Below, piece after piece: positions 1-11,439 of a DNA stretch of 30,116 bases. Position numbers and translations under genes: made by a program. The DNA comes from Paraphysomonas bandaiensis. Lineage: Eukaryota > Protista > Chrysophyceae. How positions within the stretch are numbered: the stretch's first letter is position 1; the number at the start of each line of letters is the position of its first letter. The stretch lies in the NCBI GenBank assembly GCA_965644295.1, contig CBFFRP010000617.1:1-30116 (forward strand), in the 5' to 3' direction. The notes beneath the pieces are model-generated. The model was not told the DNA's origin, did no database searches, and worked only from the letters and a program-made list of their open reading frames with translations.

Positions 1-293
1 TATTAGAATATGGACTGTATCCTAGTATATTCAATGTGGTACTTGAAGACAATGTACGAGAATACAGTGAAGTATGGTGATGTGTAGATGCTGTTATGAT
101 ATTGAGAAAACTGAAATAGTTTGCTCTTTCAAGATATGTTTAGTAGCGAAAGGTCTACAGAAGTAGTGATTTATGCATGGCACAAAACGAGCTTGTGTTG
201 TTTAACACAATTCGTGTAAACGATATTAATAAATCTATCTAGTCTAACAACTTAATCTCTCTTTGATCTAAGTAAAATGAGCATTTCCCAACA
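1..293 (+). repeat. 5' LTR of copia A (TATT...AACA)
   Basis: Matches 5164-5456 with no difference found by eye; followed directly by the PBS. Confidence 0.95.
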
Positions 294-1276
294 TGGTAGC
301 GAGCGAGGAGGGAGAGAAGGAGGATAGAGGAGTAGTTCCTCAGTTCAACGAGACTAACGTTGAACAATGGATTGAGGACTTCGAGACATTCCTTATGAGG
401 AAGGAACAAAGCGAGGTAGCGGTGGAACTGCCACCTAAGGAGAGCGACTTCGGGGAGCAGCCACTTACGTTGATGGAGGAGAAGGCGTACAGACAGGCTG
501 TGAAGAGGTATTGGAAGGCGAACGCCATAGCTTATTCTTACTGCAGGGATGCGGTGCAGCATTCCCCGAAAGCGCTGCGTAAATTCCATCTTACCCACAA
601 AGCGTTCAAGGCAGAAGGGAGTGGTGTAAACAGGTTCAAAACACATGTAATGATTGATGAGTTGAAGAAGTGTTTTGCTGGAGGGAAGCAAAATAGGATC
701 AGTGACCTCTTAACTCAATATGGTTCTTTCCGTATGCGTCCGGAGGAGACGGCGAAGGACTACGTACTACGGTTCGAACTACTGCTGAAGGAACTACAGG
801 AGCAGCAGCAGGATATCTCGGAGGTATCAAAAACAAGTCGACTACGAGAAGGCTTGCTCAATGAAGAGTATGCTCAACTGAGAGTTGGATTATACTTGAT
901 GGATGATGATGTTAATTATGTAACTGTATCACGTAAGATAGAAGGCTATGATGATACTATGGCTGGGAAGGAAGCGTTGGAGAAGAAGCGTAAAAGAGTG
1001 GAGGAGCTGAACCTGATAGACAGTAAGAAACGATATCGCAGAGAGAGGGATCATCGTAAGAAGAACAACGGTAAGAAGAAGCCGATGAAGAAGGATACAG
1101 AGATTACAGGGCAGCGACCTGGAAGTGCCGAATATACTGGGTGCAGAAATTGTAAGTCAAAGGAACATCTTGCCATCGATTGTCCAGCATCGAAAAAAGA
1201 AGTACTCGCAAAGCAAGAGCAAGGCTGTGAGGTTTCAAGATGGAAGGAAACCAGACAAAAGACTACTTACAGTTGA
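293..1276 (+). CDS. gag: Gag of copia A (true product probably continues into pol near 1191-1200)
   Basis: VPQFNETNVEQWIEDFETFL N-terminus, MRPEETAKDYVLRFELL copia gag motif, CCHC zinc knuckle CRNCKSKEHLAIDC. Confidence 0.9.
   Translation: MVASEEGEKEDRGVVPQFNETNVEQWIEDFETFLMRKEQSEVAVELPPKESDFGEQPLTLMEEKAYRQAVKRYWKANAIAYSYCRDAVQHSPKALRKFHLTHKAFKAEGSGVNRFKTHVMIDELKKCFAGGKQNRISDLLTQYGSFRMRPEETAKDYVLRFELLLKELQEQQQDISEVSKTSRLREGLLNEEYAQLRVGLYLMDDDVNYVTVSRKIEGYDDTMAGKEALEKKRKRVEELNLIDSKKRYRRERDHRKKNNGKKKPMKKDTEITGQRPGSAEYTGCRNCKSKEHLAIDCPASKKEVLAKQEQGCEVSRWKETRQKTTYS
294..304 (+). promoter_or_regulatory. Primer-binding site, probably for initiator tRNA-Met
   Basis: TGGTAGCGAGC is complementary to a tRNA 3' end GCUCGCUACCA, with the U72-A73-CCA pattern of iMet tRNA. 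The same TGGTAGCGA occurs at 25623 (+) and at 16906 (-). Confidence 0.8.
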
Positions 1277-4200
1277 AAACATCAGGCGTGGAGAGCCAGC
1301 GGATTTGTCTGACGAAGACGAAGCAAATATGATCGAGCAACAGGAAGAGTATCACTTGTCATGTAATGTGTATGAGACGAATATATGCAGTAGTGTGCAT
1401 GAGGATATTCACTATACATACATTGATACCTGTTGTTCGTCATCAATGTTTTTGATAAATGATGTGAATATACTTGATAGTCATATGCACACATCAAAGG
1501 TTATTAATGGTTCGAAAAAAGGGTCAGAGATATGCGTCACGAGTGTAGGTTCCCGTGGAGCATGGAAGAACATTGAGGTATCAAGTCAGATAAATCGGTG
1601 TCTTTGTTCTGGACGGAAGTTGAACGATATGGGATATCGATTTACTGTATGGTATGGTATACAGATATATGACAGAAATACGGATGAGCTGGTGTTGGAG
1701 GGACCTATGAAGAATGGAATGACTGCTGTGCCAACACAGCAGTTATTGGAGCTTCCAGACGTATCGACATCCAGTGATTCAGAAGTAAATCTCAGTGACC
1801 GTACGGGTGAGGATGAACTGGAGCTGTTACATAGGAGAGCGGGTCATTTTAACAAGCATGCGTTGGTAGAAGCCCACAAAAGAATGCTAATTATTGGGAC
1901 TGGACTGAAACGAAAACATCTCTCGAAACGTGTTTCCAAAGAACAGTGTCTATGTGATGTATGCGCCAGGGCGAAGATCACCAGAGTAAGTTTTCGGACA
2001 AAGGATGAGGACTCCGTTCGTCCAAATTTCTCGGCCGATATAGCAGTATACTTAAATTGTCCAGCTCGAGGAGGGGAAATATATGTGCTCAAACTAACAC
2101 ACCATGCCAGTCGGATGTTCTGGTCGGAAGGGCTTGTTCATAGGACTGGGTCATCGGTACTGCAGGTTTTCAAGAAGATTTTTGAAGGAGATGTGAAAAG
2201 GTACAAATTAGAAATGCATCATTACCATGCAGATGGAGCAGGGGAGCTAATATGTGATGAGCTGCGACAATATCTTAGGTCACAGGGTTGCTATCAACAT
2301 ACGTGGAGCTCTACGGACTCTCCTGAGATGAACGCGATTGAGGAGCGGAAATTCAGGACCTGTGGTGAGATGACATTAGCGATGCTGATTCAGTCAGGAT
2401 TGCCTTCACAGTTTTGGCTAGATGCCTACATGGCAGCCAGGTACATATTAATTCGATTGCCTACAAAGACAGCGAAGGGGTATATGTCCCCTCTTGAATT
2501 TTTGACTGGTGAGGCTCCCAACCTGAAATATCTCAGAGTATGGGGGTGTCGTGCGTATGTCATCACTACAAAGGCGGATCGACGGAAAGACTGGGACGAC
2601 AAGGCCCTTATCGGATATCTGATAGGATATTCAGATGAAAAGGTAGGATATGATGTATATCTACCTGCGACTGATAGGGTCGTCACGTCGGTACATGTAT
2701 TAACTGATGAGTCCATACCGTCACGCTCGGAGAGCTATTTCGCTGAGATAGATGCTCTTCGAGTGAAGGAGGCCGAGAGACCGAAAATTGTGTCTGACTA
2801 TGCGGGCTTAGAAGGTACATATCATATTGATGATGAGGATGGTCTTCTCTACAAGACCACGAGAGTAGTAGAACGAAAGGGGGTAATAGTAGCCTATCGA
2901 TCTCTGGTAACTGCAGGTCGGAAGCATATCGAGCACCGGGTGCCGATTCACGTCGAGGACGTAGTGCGAATGACTGCAGAAACTCCCGGGAATACCGGAT
3001 ATATCGGAAAGGGGGACGCCCTGAGTACTATGCCAGCCAGGGTGCTGGACCAGGGAAGACCTGGAGGGTTACAGGAGAGTCCTGACCCAACCTGTCAGGA
3101 GACAGCTGTGAGGTTGCAGACCTCTGAAGACTATGAGTCTGGGGTTGTGAGCGGGGCTCCTCCCACAACGCACGATGTGCGTGCTCAGGATGAGCAAGGT
3201 ACGGGTTCTTATATACCTCGTCGACCGATTGAACTAGATGGTGATGGTCGGGTCCGACGCAAACGGCTGCAGCGGAGACTGGCAAACGCGTCAGTTTTAG
3301 GAGAGATTAATATGGTTGAAGTACCGGATGCGCATAATATTGATCTTAACCATGCAGAGACAGAAGATATCAAGATACCAAATTCATATGCCGAGGCAGA
3401 GAGATCTCCACAGTATCAACAATGGAGAAAAGCTCGAATGGTGGAGAAGACATCATTGCTGAAAAGACGTGTCTTGAAGATCGTGAAAATTCCAAGCGGA
3501 GTGAAATTAGTTAGAGCGAAATATGTGCATACGGTGAAGCGAGACATACTAGGGAATATAGTAAAGTACAAGGCTCGGCTAGTGGCATTAGGAAATCTCC
3601 AAGAGAAGAAGGAGGAGGAGCCGTCCACTTTCGCTCCAGTGGTTAAGGGTATAACCATTAGACTAGTGTTAGCGATTGCGTTTATGTTACAGATGCATGT
3701 GCATCAATTAGATGTATCATCCGCATTTTGCTATGCAGATCTGGAGGATGACGTGTATATGGCACCTCCACCAGATGAGGAATTACTAGCTGGATGGTGT
3801 TTTCAACTAATCAAGGCATTGTATGGACTGCGATCTTCACCGCGACAGTGGAATAAACATATTGACAAGTTTATTAAATCATTGCATTTTACTCCGTGTA
3901 TTTTGGATACGTGTTTGTATATGCGATGGAGTAACGGAAAACTGCATTTATTATTGATATATGTTGATGATATCATAATTGCATCCGCTGATCTGACTTA
4001 CTTGGAAAGCGTAAAGCGTAGGTTCTGTGAAACATTCGAGATGCATGATCTGGGAGTGTGTAAGCGATTTCTGAACATCAGGATAACCAGAGGAGAAAAT
4101 TGGTATATGTTAGATCAATCTGAGTATGCTAAGAATATTATCAAGAAATTCAGCTCAGTTATGGGAAAGAGTAGTAAGAATAAGGAGGCCCCACTACCTA

Positions 4201-4990
4201 CTAATGTTCAGGATCTGTTGGCAGAGGAACGTGAACTTACGGAGGAGCAGAAGCAGTGGGTTGACTCATTTCCGTATCGGCAAATTATTGGAGCAGTGTT
4301 GTATCTAGCAATGCATACTAGACCTGATCTGGCTTATGCAGTGGGGTTATTGTCTCGATTTAGTAGTTGTCCGACATATGCATCGTGCAAACTGGCGATT
4401 CACTTATTGAAATATTTGCGTGGAACAATTGATGAGGGCATCAGATTCAGTGGGAGTGAGTTCGACTTACATGTGTTCAGTGATTCAGATTGGGCTGGTG
4501 ATAGACTGACTCGGCGATCGACAACAGGATACATTGTGTTCTTATGTGCAGGCGCATTGGCCTGGCAGTCTAAACTACAGACCACAGTTGCAACTTCGAG
4601 CATGGAATCTGAATATATGGCGGAGTATGCGGCTATGCAAGAACTGGTGTGGCTTCGGGGGTGTTCAAGGAGCTCGGGCTCTTAGTTGCGAAGCCGACTC
4701 CATTCTTTATGGATAGCAAGAGTGCGAAAGATCTCTCCGAGAATCCTGTGTATCATAAGAGGTCGAAGCATATAGACATCAAGTATCACTGGGTGAGAGA
4801 GCATGTAAATGGAAAATTTCCTACGGCAAAGTTGATTCATGTGTCGACGGATGATATGGCGGCTGATATTTTCACGAAGGCATTGTCAACGAAACTTTTC
4901 AGTCGTCATGAGAAAACTATTACCGGGGTTAAGAGAAGTGTGTCAACCAGAGTTGAGGAGCAGCAGAAGAAGCGACCCCGAAGAGGTTAA
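1125..4990 (+). CDS. pol: Pol of copia A: protease, integrase, RT, RNase H (one frameshift at a G-run near 4657-4661)
   Basis: HHCC (LLHRRAGH...CDVC), integrase ADI / HADGAGE / NAIEER, YKARLVALG, QLDVSSAF, LYGLRSSPRQW, YVDD, SDSDWAG, then KHIDIKYH and ADIFTK in ORF 4649-4990. Confidence 0.93.
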
Positions 4991-5163
4991 AGGTGTGTTT
5001 TAGTGGGTGAGAATCCCACATAACTATATATCTAGTTGACTGCTAGTTATATATGTATCTTGATAAGATTTCACATCTATTTTACCTATGAGACTAGTTT
5101 ATAGCATGAAGATCACTGTACTCATTGTTGTTTCGTATCACTGCATTCTACATTGAGTGGGAG

Positions 5164-5456
5164 TATTAGAATATGGACTGTATCCTAGTATATTCAATGT
5201 GGTACTTGAAGACAATGTACGAGAATACAGTGAAGTATGGTGATGTGTAGATGCTGTTATGATATTGAGAAAACTGAAATAGTTTGCTCTTTCAAGATAT
5301 GTTTAGTAGCGAAAGGTCTACAGAAGTAGTGATTTATGCATGGCACAAAACGAGCTTGTGTTGTTTAACACAATTCGTGTAAACGATATTAATAAATCTA
5401 TCTAGTCTAACAACTTAATCTCTCTTTGATCTAAGTAAAATGAGCATTTCCCAACA
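5164..5456 (+). repeat. 3' LTR of copia A
   Basis: Direct repeat of 1-293, preceded by the purine tract GAGTGGGAG. Confidence 0.95.
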
Positions 5457-6369
5457 CTTACAACTTCCGAGGGAATGCCGATAGTTTAAATATGAAATAC
5501 AATAGGAAGAAGATATGTACTTTCTCATAGTTTATAGGGATAAAGTGCAGTGTCATTTTCCATTTGTTTCTACTAAGCTAAAGAGTGCGATTTTTTGTTC
5601 CTATTAACTTTTCATATGTTACTTCTCGACTGGAAGTGGTAGTTGAGCCTTATAATCTAGTATAATCGAAGAAAATTCTTAAAGCTTAGAGTAGTAGGTA
5701 TGTCTGAAAAAAATAGTAGACTTAGCTGCCATTTTGCAAAATCTTGTAGGAACAAATGGCACTTCTTAATTATAGGGTTAGACTTAGTATAGCGACAAAT
5801 ATATACCTGTATAAAGGTATGATAACATGTTGTAGTTTCACGTATTTAATTTCCTAGTCCCACGAATTTTCATGTAAATACCTAGTCAGTAATAGCGTTA
5901 AACCTAGTCGTTTTTGTATCCACTACTTATTGATTACTTGATTATACTGCTAACATAGTTGTAGATCATCAAAACAAACATACACACACACGAATTAATT
6001 CATTATATACATAGCTACTGAGCACAGTGTATATCTATCTATCATATTGCATAACTTCTGAGTATATAATGTTGTGGGAAAGAGGAGTGGGCAGTGAAGC
6101 TATCGACATGAATGATAGCTCTTATTTTCTCCCCACTTCGAATATTGCATTGGCTTCCCGCTGTTATTAGACCATGAGGTGGTGTTCTATTCGTAAAACA
6201 GTAACATGAAGTATATATCATGTAGTGATGCCCATTACTCGAGATGAAATAGAGGATACCAACACTCTGTCACGGAATTGATCACTGGCAGTCTTCTCAT
6301 CCCTCAATAGTCTGTTGATGCTCCGATGGACCCCTGAGCAGGACCACGTATCAATTAATTGTAAATAAC

Positions 6370-6975
6370 TGCAGTAGGCGACGGTTTATATGTAAGAACA
6401 TCAGTAACTCTTGGGCAAATCCATTATAACCATTTTAGCTCTACTGAACAGCCTTTCAACCTTATATTGGGATATGCAAGTGCTTCATGCTGCGATAACG
6501 ATTGTGCTGGTTAAGACTTGCTCGCTTCCGTACTCTGCTACCATCAATCAAACTTTGCGCTGCGTTTTGATTCGGAGCTAGACTCTCACTGTCATCATCT
6601 TCTTCATCCCCATCGAGCAAAAATAATATAATTTGATCCTTTTCCGTCCGAGTTAGTGCGGCTTCATTGCTACATTGAATTTTCACGACTGACTTTTCAA
6701 AAGCAGCGTTATGAATAAAAGCAGCATTGTTGCCCAAATGACGCTCGACAATTGAGTGCTTTATGATTAGTTCGTCTAAAAGTATGCCAACGTTGTGGAG
6801 GTCAGTGGTGTTCACCTTCCTTCTGTAATTTTTGTAAGGACACTAGTTGAACCAACTCCATTTCGTGCCGTAATTGCACGAGTTTGACATGCTCCATTTC
6901 ACTAGAACACGTCGGAACCAAACTCGTATGATCGCAAATGTGGAGCCCCACCTGGTATCGTGTTTGATTAAGGCC
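6370..6975 (-). pseudogene. Degenerate hAT-superfamily transposase, C-terminal part
   Basis: The minus strand reads HDTRWGSTFAIIR (TRWxST motif, about 6925-6963), then ORF 6462-6815 (FEKSVVKIQ...LTRTEK), then VERLFSRAK and ELLMFLHIN (hAT dimerization region) in shifted frames. Confidence 0.75.
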
Positions 6976-7137
6976 TTTCTGACGGAGCTTACTACCATTC
7001 TTCAGAGTTCGTAGCTGGTACCAGTTTATCGCTCATATCGCTAATTAGTTAAATTACTTGTACTAAGCTTATTATTAAGAAGGAAATGTGATACACATAA
7101 TACGCCGAATATTCGACCTCATATAATTATTAGCACT

Positions 7138-7599
7138 TTAAAAATCTACATTTTGGGTTCTGCCTGCATCATGATAGCTATGCTGTTGAGGTTGATATAT
7201 ATCACCCACGGTGCTATATGGCCCACTAGACTCCTGAGGTGACAACTCAGTGATTGAATATAGAGATAATCCGTGTTCTTTCATCAATGAATATGCAAAT
7301 ATCGACCATGGCACCTTTAAAACCATTAGAAAGAATGTGAATATAATAGACACTGCTTGTGTATACTGTGCAGTGGAAGCAAACCATAAAATATCAATAC
7401 ATGCTGTTACAGGGACTATAATTGATATTATAATATATAGCTGTGTATTATCCATCACAGACCCCATCAGAGAGAAGAGAGCCACAGGTGCATTGTATGA
7501 GGGCACTGATCGGCCTATAGATGCTATGAATGAGAGTGCTACAGCACATAATGATGTTAAGCGTAAACCTAGTTTACTTGGAGGTAAAAGATGGAACAT
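7138..7599 (-). CDS. Small multi-pass membrane protein, possibly AGTRAP-like
   Basis: Intact 153-aa ORF with 3-4 hydrophobic segments (SYNAPVALFSL, VTACIDILWF) and a polar C-terminal tail. The family call is tentative. Confidence 0.55.
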   Translation of the reverse strand: MFHLLPPSKLGLRLTSLCAVALSFIASIGRSVPSYNAPVALFSLMGSVMDNTQLYIIISIIVPVTACIDILWFASTAQYTQAVSIIFTFFLMVLKVPWSIFAYSLMKEHGLSLYSITELSPQESSGPYSTVGDIYQPQQHSYHDAGRTQNVDF

Positions 7600-7684
7600 G
7601 TTGGAGTTTAATGGTGTGATGTGATCAAGTGATATATGACCTCATATACACGCACATACAGCCACAGTGTATGTATATATATAG

Positions 7685-7857
7685 ACCCGTTCTGTTTTCA
7701 TTCAGTGGATTTTTAGTAGGATACTGGATTTTTTTCAAAAAATCTGCTATATAATTACTACTGTATCAGGAAAATCCAGCAAATGGTGAAAGACAAAACT
7801 AAATTATCTGGATTTTTTCCAGTGGATGACCCACAATTCTGGATGAACCAAACGGCA
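7685..7857. mobile_element. Possible degenerate Tourist/Harbinger-type MITE in the divergent intergenic region
   Basis: Imperfect inverted ends ACCCGTTCTGTTTTCATTCAG ... CTGGATGAACCAAACGGCA, internal CTGGATTTT/AAAATCCAG repeats, TAG on both flanks. Confidence 0.4.
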
Positions 7858-8128
7858 TAGCTAGCCGTATGTTTAACATACACAGAGTACACAAGCAGGA
7901 GTACATACATATGTACATGAATTGATGTATTGAAGTACGAGAAGTAGTGTGGAGCAGTACTCTACTACTTGTTGTATGTCTGGATGTATGTATGGTCATG
8001 TACACGTCGAGCAGACCGAAATCTATCTAGAGGTACATCTCTGCCTCTCTCTCATATATGGCTGTATATATAAGCATCCAGTCATCAGTCACATCAAATA
8101 GATATCTTACATCTCATCCAACCAAACC

Positions 8129-9166
8129 ATGTACCATGAGAGTCGTATTGATAAAGTATCCTCTGACATACATACATTTCACCACAACAGTGACGATAAC
8201 GAGCTATCAATATCTAGATATGAAATACTTATACCAATACATACACACAGTGCTAATATAGAGAGGGATGAGGATAGTATTACTGATAAATGTGTTAGAA
8301 AAAGACGTAAACGGTCCAGAAGTTCATGTTTTTTGACAATGTATCATCTTAGAAATACCCCAATATGGGATGTTGGCAAACAATTATGGAGAGGAGCGTT
8401 ATTACTAGCTGATTATATTATATATCAGAGAGAGCAATTGTGTCACAGGATTGTATTTGAACTTGGAGCAGGTATTGGACTATTAGGAAAAGTTGCTAGT
8501 TTGTTGCCGTGTAGGAGTGTGTATGTTACTGATGTGAACCAGTCTGTGGTCGACCTAATGATAAAGAACATGAACACAAACAGTCATGTATTACCTTTTC
8601 ACAATAATGCGACCATTGCACAGACTCATCCCAGGGTGCTGAACTGGTGTAATGAAAAGTCATGCAGAGATAGACTTGATCCCGCTGATAAATGGACGCC
8701 GCAAGACACTTCAGAATTGAACAATCACAATGTGCTATGGCTTGCTGCAGATGTCATATACGACGACCAGCTGACAGATGCATTCTTTGCAACGCTAACG
8801 CGGTTTATGAACCCAGGTGAGCACTTATGGTTGGCCTTAGAAAAGAGATTCAACTTTACAGTGGAAGAAATGTCCCTTGTCGCTCATGGCTACAGACGTT
8901 TCTTGTCATATATTGGAGAAAATATATCTGCTAGCAGTGTAGCACCTCTAGAATCAGATATTGATGAAAGAACTGACAAGGATAATACTTCCCATACTCC
9001 GCAGTGTGGTAGTATGACCAGCGTAGATGAGTCATCGAATAACGAATCTTCGCCAACCGTGAGCTTCAAAGGGCACAGGATTCCGATGAATTTTCCACAG
9101 TACGTATTAGATTATGATCGCGTGAAAGACCTTGAGCTGTGGGATATTGTACTACTAAACAAATAA
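8129..9166 (+). CDS. METTL22: METTL22-like class I SAM-dependent protein lysine methyltransferase (Methyltransf_16 family)
   Basis: VGKQLWRGALLLADYI, FELGAGIGL (motif I), VTD, LAADVIYDDQLTDAFF and EKRFNFT, motifs typical of METTL22. Confidence 0.85.
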   Translation: MYHESRIDKVSSDIHTFHHNSDDNELSISRYEILIPIHTHSANIERDEDSITDKCVRKRRKRSRSSCFLTMYHLRNTPIWDVGKQLWRGALLLADYIIYQREQLCHRIVFELGAGIGLLGKVASLLPCRSVYVTDVNQSVVDLMIKNMNTNSHVLPFHNNATIAQTHPRVLNWCNEKSCRDRLDPADKWTPQDTSELNNHNVLWLAADVIYDDQLTDAFFATLTRFMNPGEHLWLALEKRFNFTVEEMSLVAHGYRRFLSYIGENISASSVAPLESDIDERTDKDNTSHTPQCGSMTSVDESSNNESSPTVSFKGHRIPMNFPQYVLDYDRVKDLELWDIVLLNK

Positions 9167-9777
9167 ATTTTGTTTATTTTCTTTTTAATATTTGAAGGAC
9201 GGCATGGAGCATATATAATGCCAGATTATTTTCTACACGTATAAATGTGAATCTGTTAAATTATTTAAACTGCCATATATATTTGTTACGCTCTATTTGC
9301 GAGGAAAAGAGCCCGCGGTATGAATATCAGAGGTACAGATGCTTGGCTTTTAGAGACAAGAAGTATGTAAATTGTAAACCAGCCAAAACAGGAGTACAGC
9401 CCAACAAATCAGATAGGGTTTAATCATAAATGAAGCAGTTTCATGCTCTGTCAGTAGCTACTTTATGTCGCCAATCGTACTCATATTTAAATAAATACTC
9501 ATATCAGATATATTTGATGTACCGTCTACAAGTGTATAGCATGTAGTAGCCATATATTACCGGGTGTTATTAGTACTTTTAACTTCTAATATACAACAGC
9601 ACATGAAAATTGCAAAGACCTTAATATGTGTGGTGGTAGCTAGAGTATTAGTTGCAAAGAGAAGTCTAGACTTTAATTATAAAAAAATAAAAACTGAGAG
9701 ATTATACTCTTAATTAGACCAGACGAATCATGTGCGGTGATGAATATACATACATATATATTAATATCCACATATAC

Positions 9778-10064
9778 TGCCCCATATTGACAGCGTAACT
9801 AATTACTGCGTGCGGCCCCCTAGTGGGTGCGGCTGAGTGCTACTGCGATTGATCGCCTCTACCTATGTACACATTGCTTAGTTCAGCACTACCCCACCCG
9901 GGGTCTCACTGCATATTCAGCGCTGAATACCATGTGATAATGATGTAGCTAGTTGGGTTCAGTAGGTAGCTAGCAAATAACGTATGCGACTTAAATCAAA
10001 TATTAGTTACGTACCCACCCGACCCCCATCCGAATCTACCTAAGTACGCGCTCAGAATGGGGCA
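9778..10064 (+). repeat. 287-bp inverted repeat, left copy
   Basis: Reverse complement of 15403-15689 with about 2 mismatches. The unit itself runs TGCCCCAT...ATGGGGCA. Confidence 0.95.
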
Positions 10065-10689
10065 CCCCCCACCCGTATTCCTAAATACAACTGTAGTACA
10101 GTATTCGCATATGTGATCAACTCGGCCACTGGGACTAAGGAGAGTGTCCCACACAACTCATTTGACCACCATCCTTTTCTTACCCTAAGTCGCCGTGGAC
10201 CAGGCCGCATGGTTGACTAGTCCATTTCTCCAATTAGGGACAAGATTAGATATTTATTTTTTTAATCGGGCGCCGGAATTGAATATATATATATAAATTT
10301 ATTTTGACGCCTGATCCCTCCCAAATTGATTGCCGTAGAAGTTTTTTTTCAAAAAACACACACAAAATTTTGAAAAAATTAAATTCATTTCAAATCTATG
10401 TGTGTTTTTTTCCACCAATCAGAATCGCTCTTTCTGACCCCATATGTAATAACAAAAAAATGTTGAGCTCACTCTCAGCGCCGTCTTATACAAAACATGC
10501 GACAAAACACAAAAAAATTGATTACTACGAAATTTTTTAGGGTTTGTCGTTTTGCCACCGTGCAACTTGTCGCTCTCCCACTTCTTTTTTTTTAATCGCC
10601 AGGTGTCTGTTCACTCACATGAGAGTGTTTAGCATATCATATAGATATATGAGGGCTCTAGGTTGTCATTCTGTATTAGATATTGCAAG

Positions 10690-11428
10690 ATGCTGGATAC
10701 GGAAGAATTAGCTGTCTTCATCTTAACAGTTTCGCGGAATGTCGGCTTTACTGATGCAGTTGCTTGGACGCTAATCATTTCGCTATTCGCTAGATCTATA
10801 GAAGTATGTGGACTACTCCTCTAAAGTAGTAACGAAATGATTGATTTTCATGTAGGTAGTAAAGGTACTGAGAAGTAGAGACAGAAACCGAGTAAGAAAT
10901 CGGTAGTATGCATTGGACAAAATGGACAAATTAACAGAAAGGGAGTTTAAGAGAATGTTCAGAATGTCAAGGCGTCATTGCTGGTTGTGAGGCTAATCTA
11001 AAGTTCCATATGTTCAGTGCAAGGAACTCTGGGTCGACGAATGACGTGCTCGCCTGGAGCAATTCAGACATGAGACAATGCTTGGACGACTCAATGCTAC
11101 CGGAACCGTACTACTTTATTTTGGTGACGAAGCTTTCGTAAATACACAGCAGTTTCTAGTTCCATGGTCTGGAAGGGGATTAGATCCCTGGAAAGTTTCT
11201 TTCAATTACCACTTGTCATCAATGAGACAGTGTATTGAAAGATCTTTCTCTCATTTAACTCAGAGATGGGGAATTTTTTGGAGACCTCTACAGTGCGGGG
11301 TTGATAAGTGGACACTTGTTTGTACTGTGACAGCTAAACTTCATAACTACATCATAGACATGGGCGAGGGTGGTGATAACGACATGCCAGTGGTTCGAGC
11401 AATTGCTCCTGGCGTCGTTGCAAGTTGA
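10690..11428 (+). pseudogene. Harbinger (DDE_Tnp_4/HARBI1-like) transposase, fragmented
   Basis: LTEREFKRMFRMSR, GSTNDVLAW, FGDEAF, FNYHLSSMRQCIERSFSHLTQRWGIFWRPL, LHNYIID. The central part is missing. Confidence 0.85.
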
Positions 11429-11439
11429 CGCTTCTTTGG

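Larger units (their letters stand above)
1..5456 (+). mobile_element. Full-length Ty1/copia LTR retrotransposon (element A)
   Basis: Two direct 293-bp LTRs, PBS TGGTAGCGAGC after the 5' LTR, PPT GAGTGGGAG before the 3' LTR, and domain order Gag-PR-INT-RT-RNaseH (copia order). Confidence 0.97.

Noticed and set aside
239-4716. Small ORFs overlapping copia A (and likewise those within copia B)
   Set aside because: Antisense or alternate-frame by-products of gag-pol with no independent motifs.
4649-4990. Separate gene after pol
   Set aside because: It is the RNase H C-terminus displaced by one missing G. Element B has six G and is in frame at this site.
7250-8261. ORFs 7250-7624, 7799-8005 and 8058-8261
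   Set aside because: Antisense or overlapping to the supported genes, or low-complexity intergenic sequence.
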